From Eledone cirrhosa (taxonomy: Eukaryota), in contig OZ024743.1 in NCBI GenBank assembly GCA_964016885.1, positions 56,544,001 to 56,608,000 of the forward strand: a stretch of DNA of 64,000 nt, in the 5' to 3' direction. The notes under the pieces were generated by a model. The model saw only the letters and a program-made list of their open reading frames with translations. It was not told the DNA's origin and searched no databases. The position numbers were made by a program, and so were the translations under genes. Every line of letters begins with the position of its first letter. Position 1 is the stretch's first letter. Shown piece after piece: positions 38,011 to 49,817 of the stretch.

Positions 38011-39249
38011 CTTGTTGTACTCATGCTCTACAATTTCTTTTTTATTTCTTATACAAAATGTAAAGTTGGTGAGAGCCTCGAAGCTACACTGTTAGCAATC
38101 AAATGAGGGCAGTATAGATTTTGATAGGACTCTTCAATCTGAACAAGCATGTGACAACCTCCCTAATGCTGCTGCCACAATAAAATGTACCCAGTACTTA
38201 CTCTGTAAAGAATTAGTGTTGGTGCCACAAAAATAAAACACTTCCAATACACTGTAAAGCAATAGTGGTAGTGTCAAAACAAAAATGCACCAGTGTAATT
38301 TGTAAAGTAATAGGCACTAGGAAGGACATCCAGCCATAGAAATTATGCCAAATATGGAATGCATGAGCAAGATGAGAGCTCTCCAACCCATATGGTCTCA
38401 GACCGTAACAATCCATCCAACCCATGCCAGCATGGAAAGGGGGTATAAAATTATGATGTAGTCCAGCAATTAACCAATTTGAAGTCCATTACCTAAATTT
38501 AAATAATAAAGAACGGGATAGAAACAGTTCAGAGAGCTACTGTAGAGAATATACGAAGACCTGATAGAAATAAGTGAGCATGCTCCAATGGATGTGTAAC
38601 ATTGGTGTGATAAGAGATCAAGTGTAGGGGGAGCTGAGAAGAATCAGATGTAATATCATCATCATCATCATCATTTCATTTTACGTCCGCTTTTTCCCTG
38701 CTTGCAAGGGTGGGACAGGAACTGATTCTGGTATGATTTCTACAGCTGGATGCCCTTCCTAACACCAACCTCATTTACAGTGAGTGCTGGGTGCTTTTTT
38801 GCCGTGGCACCTACACGACCACTTTGCAGTGGAATGATAGAGACCCCAGTCCCTATCATCTCATTTCTACAGCTGAGTAAACTGGAGCAATGTGAAATAT
38901 AGTCTCTTGCTCAAGGAAACAACACATCACCCGGTCTGAGAATTGAACTCACAACCTTTCGATTGCAAGGCCAATGCTCTAACCACTAAGCCATATGCCT
39001 CCATGGTAATATGCAAAAGAGAAAACTATGCTGGTATAGATATGTGATGTATATGGATGATGATCATTGAGTGGAGAAGTGGTAAGAAAGGAGCTGTAGT
39101 AGATGAAGACCTGAGCAGAGGCAGTGATGTAGTGGGATTTCAGGTAAGCTAACAAAGATTGTAGGCTATACATGCAGCAGGTGCACAGGAACAGTAAGTA
39201 GAAAGCACCCACATGAAACAGATACTATCAAATGTGCTGACAGCTCCTT

Positions 39250-39820
39250 AGAACATGTTGATAGCTTACACTACCTAGGGGACTTAATAGATAGCTGAGG
39301 TGGGTGTTCTAAAAGTACACTAGCTAGAGTGAGAACATAATGGAAAAGGTTCAGGGAATTACTACTTCCATTGGCTACAAAGGACTTCTTTCTCAGGCCT
39401 CTTGCATGAAGCCTGTGTGAGAACTGCAATGCTGCATAGAAGTGAAACTTGGACCTTGAAAGCAGAGGGTCTGTGAAGATTGGAAAGAAATGAGGCAAGC
39501 ATGCTCTGATGGATGTGTAATGTCAGTTTACATGAAAGACGAAACATCAATAAACTGAGAAAAACTAAGCATAAGAGGGATTAGATGTACAAGAAAGAGG
39601 ACTATGCTGGTATGGACATATGATGCATATGAAGAATGACAACTACATAAAAAAAGTGTAAAGTGATCAAAGTTGAAGGTGGCTGTGGAAGTGGTAACCC
39701 CAGTAAAACTTGGAATGATGTGATAAAAGCTGACCTCACGAAATTGAAACTCATAAAGGAGTTGACACAGGATCAAATCATCTGGAGATATGCTGTACTA
39801 GAGGAGATTCACCTTCCCAC
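39250..39820 (+). mobile_element. Decayed RTE LINE 3' fragment
   Basis: Inverted homologue of 41073-41690. Confidence 0.75.
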
Positions 39821-40719
39821 ATGAAGGGGGTTAAATGCAAGCAAAGAGAGGTAGACAGACTTGAGAGTCCTTGTCCACCTTCTAACTTTACCCAGTCACT
39901 TCCCCACTCACCACATTCTTCACCCCCATCCACTTCTCTAGTCTAACTAACCCATGCCAGCACAGAAAGAAAAAGATAAGTGCCCCCTCCTCCACCATAT
40001 TGTGATTCCCTCTCACCCCAGTACATTCCCAACTCATGTTTCCAGTATTAGCCATGCCATTATCGAAGAAAGATGTAACCCCTACTCTCACCCACATACA
40101 TGATTCATATCTTTGTCCAACCCATGCCAGCATGGAAAGCCAGCCATGCCTCACAATATACTGCTAGACACAACTCACTCCCTCCAAGCCTACTCCCATG
40201 ATCATAGCTTCCTTTCCCATGATAGTATATATAGCCCCCCCCCCCCCCCCCCCACCACCACCACCACCACACACACACATTACACACACACAATCCTGTC
40301 AACACCTCCTCAGTGACTGTGCCATGATGAAAATGTTCTCAGCCCACTCTGCAAAATGCTGGGGCTGGTGTCAATAAAAAGCACCTAGTCCACTCTGTAA
40401 GGTGGCAGTAGAACTTGTACCACAAAAGCACCCAGTCCACTCTGTAAGGTAGTGGTAGTGCTTGTACTACAAAAACATCCAGTCCACTCTGCAAGTTGGT
40501 AGTGCAGAAGTTATAATAAAATATTCCCAGTACATGCTGTAAAATAGTTGATGTTAAGATGCGCATCGAGCTGTAGAAACCAAGCCAAAAATCAAAACAC
40601 ATGTGATTAAGACAAGGTTCATATGACATGACTAACCTCAAAACATGACAACCCATCAAACCCATGCAACCATGGAAAATAGACGTTAAACGATGTTGAT
40701 GATATATATATATATATAT

Positions 40720-41692
40720 CATCATCATCATCATCATCAACGTTTAACGTCCGTGTTCCACGCTTGCATGGGTTTGGACGGGGGTAGTCCCACTTGAGGC
40801 AAGAGTGATTGTCTTGCTCGCATAGGACTGTCTGGCAGGTTTTCTACAGTTGGATGCCCTTCCTAACACCAACCACATTTACAGTGTGGGTCTGGGAGGT
40901 TTTTACCGTGTTGCCTACACGGCCACATTACAGCGTGGACTGTGTGTTTTTTTGTCGTGACACCTACACGATCTCATTTGTTTCGGCCTGGATGGCGCGG
41001 CACCAACATAACTTTACATAGGACGGGGTGGTGTGGATGGGGTGGGGGTGGCGGCGGGAGGGGTGTATTTTGTTAGAGATGCCTACTGGCAAGGCGGGTC
41101 TTCTCTGTTACTGAGTACCGCCAAAGGTCACGGTCCAGTGACATTGTCTTGGAGAGGTGTAAGTGTGTGAGGTCGGAGTTTATCAGCTCATCCCATGTTT
41201 TTCTAGGTCTGCCTATTCCGTGGCTACCGTCTATCTTTATTGCCCTGCACTTTGTAATACAGCTATCGACTTTCATGCGCATCACGTGTCCATACCAACG
41301 CAGCCTTCTCTCGAGTAAACAACATCTGATCCCTCTTATCTCTAATTTTTTCCTTAGTTCGTTTATGCTTTGCCGTTCACGTATATTACTGTTACACATC
41401 CAGCGGAGCATGCAAGCTTCGTTCCTCTCTAGTCTGCGTATATCCTCTGCACACAATGCCCAGGTCTCACTACCATGCAACATTGCTGTTCGTATGCAGG
41501 CATCGTACAACCTGCCTTTCATTTTTAGGGAGAACCCTTTAGCAGCTAATAGTGGTATAAGCTCTCTGAACTTTTTCCAACCAGTTCTGACTCTAGCTAC
41601 AGTACTTTCAGAGCACCCTCCCCCACTGCTGATTTTATCGCCCAGGTAACGGAAGCTGTCCACTATTTCTATAGAACCCTCTGCGCAATTGA
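40720..41692 (-). mobile_element. RTE LINE 3' portion plus RTE-type tail
   Basis: IVDSFRYLGD...GWKKFREL...MLHGSETW...RRLRWYGHV...GRPRKTW; tail ending (GAT)n near 40720. Confidence 0.9.
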
Positions 41693-41693
41693 A

Positions 41694-41755
<62 letters not shown>

Positions 41756-42679
41756 TATCATCATCATCGTCATTTTTACATCCGCTTTTCCATGGTTTAT
41801 ATATAAAGAGTAAAGATCCCCTTCGGTCACAAATGAACAGTTCCCTTACTGAGGCGCATGTCCGGGCATGGTTGTGTGTGCAAAACCAATAGTCGCCTAT
41901 ACATACTTGTCGCCCCTCTCCACGCCATCGAGGTTGTCCAAGGTAAAGGCAAAGGCTGATACACCTTGACACCATTGACATTGCAACTCATTTCTACTGC
42001 TGAGTGAACTGGAGCAGCATGAAATAAAGTGTCTTGCTCAAGGTCACAACACACCTCCCAGTCAGGGAAACGACCTCACAACCACATGATTGTAAGCCAA
42101 GTGTACCTTTATATACATATATATACACATATGAAGGGTGACAAGTCTTATATATATATATATTTGACCGCTCTGACCATATTACACCCCCACCCCCAGT
42201 CTTCCCTTAGAACTCTGCCACCACCATTTCTCCCCCTACCCACACTCCTGTGACTACTACTCACCCACAATTCCTTTCTCTTCCAATTTAGACACGGCCA
42301 CCATATTCTATATCAGACTTACCAACTTCGTCCCTACACGAAACGAAAACCCTACTCGGATCATACTAGTTACGAAAACCCATCCCACGCCATCCGTACA
42401 CACACACTAATACATGTAACCACACAATATTCACCAATAACCACACATACAAACATACACGCTTGCGCGTGTGTATGTGTGTGTACACATATACATGCGC
42501 ATGTTTGTGTGCCTATTCATGCATGTGCACACGCGTGGACGCATGTGTACACACATTCACACATGCACACTTCCACCAACGCACATATGTAGCATAATAT
42601 TCACCCCGCCAACACACAAACACACAACAGTCTTCTAATTTATTCAAGAATATGTAAAAACGACATGCTGCTGTTGGTT

Positions 42680-42875
42680 TGTGAATGCGAGGGGGGGGGG
42701 GGTCACCTCCAAGTGTGATAATCGGTTGTACCTCACATCTTAGGGGTTAACTGCACACTTTCGGGCAAACCAACACGCTCGCAGCATTACCACGGGTGAT
42801 GGCGAGGCTGAGTCGCTGAAATAATCAAGCATCTTCACAGGCATCACCTGACATGTCAGTAAGGTGAGACGCCAC
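42680..42875 (-). mobile_element. CRE-type retroelement 3' fragment
   Basis: LFQRLSLAITRGNAASVL; near-copy of 12240-12440. Confidence 0.7.
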
Positions 42876-42993
42876 TATATATATATATATATATATATAA
42901 CCAAAAGTTAAACAAGGTTCATTGATTAATCAATGAGTATAGTTTTACAATAGATTAGAAGCACTCAACAAAGAAGTTTTCTGGAGTTATTAT

Positions 42994-43222
42994 TATTAAT
43001 TCAAAATATTAATAAATATAGACATTCATGTGATCAAATATATTTTATTATACATATTTCAGAGGTACTGTGCTGTTTCCTCAGTACGCCCTCATCAGAT
43101 AAAATAAATTGATGTCTGGCATACCTCAACTATGCTGATGGTTCAATTCCAGTCTTGCCATAATATAATAAAATATATTTGGTCACATGAATGTCTATAT
43201 TTATTAATATTTTGAATTAATA
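42994..43222. repeat. Inverted repeat (59-bp arms, 111-bp spacer) in (TA)n
   Basis: 42994-43052 versus 43164-43222, one mismatch. Confidence 0.88.
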
Positions 43223-43389
43223 TATATATATATATATATCGAATGTAGGTGTATAGTTTACGTTTATTTGAATTCGTGGTTCTCTTTGGTTTAATCTAGA
43301 TTTATTTACGTTCAAGTTAATGCAATCGGCGTTCTTAGTTTATAACTAATTCAACAAGGAACTGATTATTCAATAAAGGAAATATTAAT

Positions 43390-44500
43390 AAATGGTGCTA
43401 AATCGAAACCATTCAATGTGGGAGCCGTACTGTTACCTCTCCTGTTCATTATTGGCAGTGTCGGTAGAGGGTCGGACGCCATGCTTTCCAGCATAGTTAC
43501 GTCCCTTTACGATCTGAGTTCAAATCCCGCCGAGGTTGACTTTGCCTTTCATCCTTACGGGGTCGATAAAATAAAGTACCAGTAATGCACTGGGTAATTG
43601 CTGGCCTTGTGCCTAAAGTAGAAACATTATTGACATGAACAGGATTGTCATGCGCAACCGAGTTGGAAGTGGTATCATGACTGGCGGGTGTAAAATCAGT
43701 CAGCTGGAATTTGTAGATGACATAGTGTTACTTAACTTGACAGAAGGTGATCTCCGACTTGCACTTGATAGGTTTGATGCTGAGTGCTGCATGGCTGGAA
43801 TGAAAATCAGTGTTGCGAAAACTGGGACACTCGTCTTCTCAAGGAAGCCTACGCAGTGCACTCTACATGTAAATGGAGTTCCACTGAAGTAGAGAAGTTC
43901 AAGTATCTCGGGGTCACATTCAGGAGTGATGGAAAGCAGGAGGCTGAATTAAGTGCAAGAAATGCGGGTTCTGGTGCAGTAATGCGCCAGCTTCAGCATT
44001 CGGTAATCAGAAGAAGTGAGGTAGGTGTAAAAAGCTAAACTCGCTATCTTTAATTCGGTATACATGCCAATCTTTACATGTGGTCATGAATCTTGGCTAA
44101 TGACAGAAAGAATACGATCGCGAATACAAGCGACCAAAATAGGGTTCCTCCGAAGGATCTTTGGAGTAACATTACTCGATAGAGTGCGTAACTCAGAGAT
44201 AAGAGGTTCACTCCAGGTAGAGCCGACACTTCTCCGAATTCAGAGATCACAGCTCCGATACTATAGGCATATGGTTAGAATGTCACAGGAAAGAATCGCT
44301 GGATAAATTTTACGGGCAAAACTAACTGACGGAAGACCCAGTGGTAAACCCCGAGCAAGATGATTGGATAACATCCATGAGCTTAGCTGGTCTAGCTTGG
44401 GGATCCAGCCGAAGACGGTTGCTTCTGACAAGACTCGCTGGAAGGAGTGTTTGAGGAGGCTGCCTCCACGACTCTCTCGGAAATAAGTGGGTGAAGAAGT
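43390..44500 (+). mobile_element. RTE LINE 3' half (frameshifted) with a SINE insertion at 43452-43628
   Basis: LEFVDDIVLL, FKYLG, GHESWLMT, QLRYYRHMVRM; SINE TSD cattattg.ca. Confidence 0.9.
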
Positions 44501-44731
44501 TTTTCAAGGCTGTTTATGCATTTTACATCATTGTTGTAACAAAGTCCCTTTCATTACCATATTTCTAAGGAAAGATATTCTCTGATTTTCAAATAATTCT
44601 GAAAATAATCAAAAATTTGAAGTGATTTATTTTATACTAGCTGAGGTACCCAGCTTCGCCAAGGTTAACATATGATAAAAGAAGACCGGCAGAAGAGAAA
44701 ATGTCTGTATTGAATGCATTGTCTTGTTTAC

Positions 44732-44807
<76 letters not shown>

Positions 44808-45755
44808 CCACTGTTGGAATCGGAGACATAGGCCGCGAAACACGATCATCACTGACAACGAACTTGCAGAGAGAATCCCTTATAGTTGATTCCCAACCTG
44901 CTAGAAATAGCTGTCAGGTTGGTTAGCATACGTGGTATGTCTTTCTTCTTCTTTGGTGTTATAAAATTAGTATCAATAAACTTTCCTGGATATATATACT
45001 CTTATCCTAATTCTGTACATACTTTCCGATTGTCACTTTTGTTTTTTTCTTCGTGTGATACGCGAAGGAACCAACCAACAAACATCTCTTTTATTTGTTT
45101 ATTCAAAATATTTTTCAGCTAATTCTGTCGTACAATATATATCAGTAATCGTTATTTAATGTTTAAAACATATGAATAGCTGCGATATATGCACCATATC
45201 AATCAAAAACGATATGAGAATTGAATACCATACTAAAGCGCCAGTAAGCTTGCTAAGAATCTGCAGATAGAAATGTTAATAAATACATTTGGCTTGGGTA
45301 AACTTTAAGATGTTCTTTCATTGTAGGTTTCTTTTCTCAGCCAGTACGTTAAAGAAAATTGATAGTTATAACAATAAAGGTTGAACAGAGAACACATTTT
45401 TTAAAAAACGTGATTGTGATATAAAGTATCATAGAATTCATTTTTTATAGAATCACGGGGCCATTTATTTATTAAATAAAACTCTCGTCGAAGTTATATA
45501 ACAATACACGAAGAACAAATAACAACAGTTGAACTATGTGATGTTGTGTATAAGGTATGATGTATATGCGTGTTTGCTTTCAAAAGTATTATTAAAAACT
45601 AGCAGAATGGCCCGGCGCTGCTCGGGATTTGCTCTAGGGTTCTTATATATTTTATATATATTTATCCTTATCGAGCCTCGTGAAATAAATACGTTTGTTT
45701 ATATTTTGTTATTGTGTATGCAAAAATATCTGTACACGAATATATAATTATATAT

Positions 45756-47447
45756 ATAATTCAAGAAAGAAGAGTAACATGGTTGGCTGTACAATAAGGC
45801 CTTTATTCACAGTGCTGACAATTGTTTCTTTGATCTGATAGGTCTAGAGCTCGCTAATCGCTTGATGTTGCGTCAATAGATCTCCAATACTTTGTTTACA
45901 ACCAGTCAATTCATCAGAGCGTGTGGATGTGAGGGTAATACGCAAGGCATGGCTTTTATAGAAGAGTGGTGTTAGACCAGAACAACAACATCAGTAACAA
46001 ACTATCTAGATACTGAATAATTAAAATAATAACATCAATATAAGTAAGAAATAGAATGATAAAACACACATGGTAAACGAACAGAGATGATACAAATGTA
46101 TGAATTGACATGCGAAATCTACCATAGGGTACTTTAGAGGTAGTAGTTGAGGCATGAATAAACTTAGATGAAGAGATAACTAATAAAATGTACTTAGAGT
46201 CAGATTTTGGAATCTACACTTTAAGTGCAATTATGAGGGATTTAGATACAAGTGTGCTGTGGGTCTGAAACCCACTAGCAATAAACCGGAGATTGATTTA
46301 TGGTTTGACAGATAAGTTTTTTTTTCTGTTGTATCAACTTAATGAGATTGATGGAGTGAGTGTATAAAGATTTATGGTTCTTAGGTAGCTGGTATTAAGT
46401 GAAGTTGTAGATTCATTATGTCAAGGTTTAGGTGGGTTATTCTAAATGTTGGGATTGCTAGTTCGAATCAAGGGGGTTTAGTTTTCGCAACATCAATAAC
46501 AAATAGCGTATAATTAAGACAATAACATCAACAATAAAACATGCATGGTAAATAGATAGAGAACATGATGAATAAAATTAGGGATAGGGTACATTGAGAT
46601 GATCATAATAATAATAAGAAAATAAGAGTTTCAAAGGAATGTAAGAGTAATAAGAATTAAGAGTACTTAGAATTAAGTTCATCTGTTAGAGATCATGGGT
46701 GCTAATATGAGATATGTAGATATAATTGTGTGGTCCGAAAGAATAAACAACAGCAAAGACGAGATTGATTTATGGGCTGACAAGATAATTGATAAATGTT
46801 TATAGATATTCCTGCCCTATCTTGGTGGTATAGATGTAGGGAGGCTGGAAGGTGTTTATAGAAGTTTATGGTTCTGAAGTGGGCTGTGTGAGAATGCGGA
46901 TTTCATACGTTAAAGTCTAAGTGGTTTTCCATTCATTTTGGGGATGCTGGTTCGTATCTAAATCCTTCATAATTGCACTTAAAGTGTAGATTCAAAAATC
47001 TGACTCTAAGTACATTTTATTAGTTATCTCTTCATCTAAGTTAATTCATCCCTCAACTACTACCTCTAAAGTACCCTATGGTAGATTTCGCATGTCAATT
47101 CATACATCTGTATCATCTCTGTTCGTTTACCATGTGTGTTTTATCATTCTATTTCTTACTTATATTGATATTATTATTTTAATTATTCAGTATCTAGATA
47201 GTTTGTTACTGATATTGTTGTTCTGGTCTAACACCACTCTTCTATAAAAGCCATGCCTTGCGTATTACCCTCACATCCACACGCTCTGATGAATTGACTG
47301 GTTGTAAACAAAGTATTGGAGATCTATTGACGCAACATCAAGCGATTAGCGAGCTCTAGACCTATCAGATCAAAGAAACAATTGTCAGCACTGTGAATAA
47401 AGGCCTTATTGTACAGCCAACCATGTTACTCCTCTTTCTTGAATTAT
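45756..47447. mobile_element. Non-coding fold-back element with 494-bp inverted arms, each carrying an HHR motif (PLE-derived or retrozyme-like)
   Basis: 45756-46249 is the near-identical reverse complement of 46954-47447. Confidence 0.8.
47283..47390 (+). ncRNA. Hammerhead ribozyme-like motif with extended stem II (mirror copy at 45812-45920, minus strand)
   Basis: gct CTGATGA attgactg...cagatcaaa GAAAC aatt GTC agc. Confidence 0.6.
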
Positions 47448-48545
47448 TATTACTCCCGCCGAGGTTGCCTTTGCCTTTCATCCTTACGGGGTCGATAAAA
47501 TAAAGTACCAGTAATGCACTGGATAATTGCTGGCCTTGTGCCTAAAGTAGAAACAATTATTACTCCAAGTATAACCTACATAGAAATCACCGCGAACTCG
47601 CTGCATCACTATGGAAGCGTCTTGTTGAGTCAAACTAAGCCATACGTTAAAACCATCCACAACACGGAGTACTCTAACTGGACTACCTCTAAGTAGATTG
47701 CCTATAACGATAACTTTCTATCCCGTATAATTATATATATATTAAAATAATAGATTAAAGTTTAAGCAAAGAATCGCTGCTTTCACCCCTAACGGGATCT
47801 TCTGAAACTAAAAGAATGAATCTGAACGCAGAAGTAAATATTTCAAAAAACGTTACACACTATCTACTATATAAATTGGAAGTGGTGGGACGTTATATAT
47901 GTAGGTGTAGTCGGATTAACGTCGAAATTGCTTGGTGGAATGCAACGAAAATTTACACAGTTATGCAGAATGACCCGAGGAGGCGTTGGGTCGACTTTCA
48001 AGCTACAAGCTTCCATGGTTACGGAGAAAATCGAGAAAAAAGGAATTTCCCATTCAAATTGAACTAAGAGTAATCTGTGAACGCAGAAGTAAATATTTCG
48101 AGAAACATTGCAACCGAAGGAAAATAGGAAGACGATATTTTGGTTGGTGAAGACGTTCTCTGGCAATGAACGGAAAAAAAGCGAGGATAATACGTCGTTA
48201 TGTGGATCGAGAAGAACAATTTCATGCAAAGACAAGACCAAGTTTATGGTATAAATGGAGTCGTTAGACTAATATTCTATTTAAAATAACAGAATGATTT
48301 CCAGCCCCGGAGTTTAAGAATGATGTAAATAAAATTGAAAACGAAAATGACAGAGGTTATTAAAATAGTAAAAGTAAATAATGAAGATTTAGGCCAGTAC
48401 ATACGTATGCCCCGACGGACATATACATACACACCCACAAAAACACAGGAACCCCCTTTTGGAAAAAGCCGATGATTTTGTAAAAGTATAGTTTTCGAAG
48501 CAGCACTGAAGTATTGACATAAATGGTATACACAACTGCTATTTA

Positions 48546-48575
48546 GTACCCGAGCAACGCCGGGTACCTCTGCTA

Positions 48576-48576
<1 letters not shown>
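48546..48576 (+). mobile_element. Helitron 3' terminus
   Basis: Hairpin gtacccg/cgggtac followed by CTAG|T; minus-strand equivalents at 45599-45626 and 44637-44667. Confidence 0.7.
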
Positions 48577-48641
<65 letters not shown>

Positions 48642-48807
48642 ATGAAATGACAGGAGGCTGGATTTATAATATTTAACTCCGTAATAGCACCACCAACTAC
48701 AAAAACAAAGACGGTTGAACTGCTTTACGTTGAGTACTCTCTATATTATTGCATTACGATTGACCATACGGAATAGACCAGCTCTATACAGTGGTGAACC
48801 TCAAACC

Positions 48808-48903
<96 letters not shown>

Positions 48904-49039
48904 TAGGTAACGTCATAATGTCGTAATGCAGGCAGCCAGGCATACAGACAGATATTATAAGGGCGCGACGTTGTAGCTATGTATCTATCTAAAAAGAAAG
49001 ACTAAGAATTATAGAGAGAGATCGCTAAATCGTCTAGTG

Positions 49040-49199
49040 CGGTCCCTAGGGCATAGAAAATTTAAAATTTTTTTTTGTCAAAACACTCACACGACCATAA
49101 GTATTACATGTGTAAAGTTTGAAAACAATCAGTTGGGTGGTTCTCGAGTTTTAGGGAGTCAGACAGACAGACAGACGTTCTCTGTTTTAGATATATAGA
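49040..49199 (-). mobile_element. Non-autonomous Helitron 5' end
   Basis: A|TCtatatatc start on the minus strand, (CTGT)n and the typical aagtttgaa..aatc.gtt..gtggtt motif. Confidence 0.55.
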
Positions 49200-49817
49200 T
49201 GTATTTACAAAATTTCAGTTGGTGCGATGAATTTCGTTGGCCTAGTAGCGATAGAGAACAAGAGAGAGATATGGCGAGTAAAGAGAGAGCGAGAGAGAGA
49301 GAGAGGGGGGGAACCAAAGGGGTTTTGTGTGAGATAGTTGACCGCTACATTTTAGCTGGTCGGTGGTAACTTTGCAACTGCCAGCTGTTTGTTCTCTCTG
49401 GTGTTATCTCAAATAAACTGGCACTGACCTCAGTTGATTTGTCTCTCTAGACAGATTGGCGTCAGTTTGAAACAAAGAAAAACTAAACATCTATGTTACC
49501 ATAAGGTCAGCAAGTGGTCACGCTGACCTACTTTGTCAAGAGAGTTCAAATTACTGCTTTATCTTCACGTCAACAGTTCCAAATGTGAGCTCTGGCCCCT
49601 CAACCACCTAGCTTAACATCAGCAGATTACAGAATTCTCCCCCTCCATCGCGGTTCCTTTCTTATCAGCGTGGTGCTCCCTTGGAGCCCCAATTACTGAC
49701 CAAGCCTTCGAGTCCTTCTTTTGATCTAAGTTTGCTAACCTAGAACAACATTTAAAAAACCTCGAGGCTCTTGAGCCTCACCAAGTTTTTTTATACCTAG
49801 GAATTACTTGTCGATTC

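Noticed and set aside
41693-41981. N-terminal part of the 302-aa ORF 41073-41981
   Set aside because: Chance read-through from a SINE and (TA)n into the RTE fragment; not a real fusion protein
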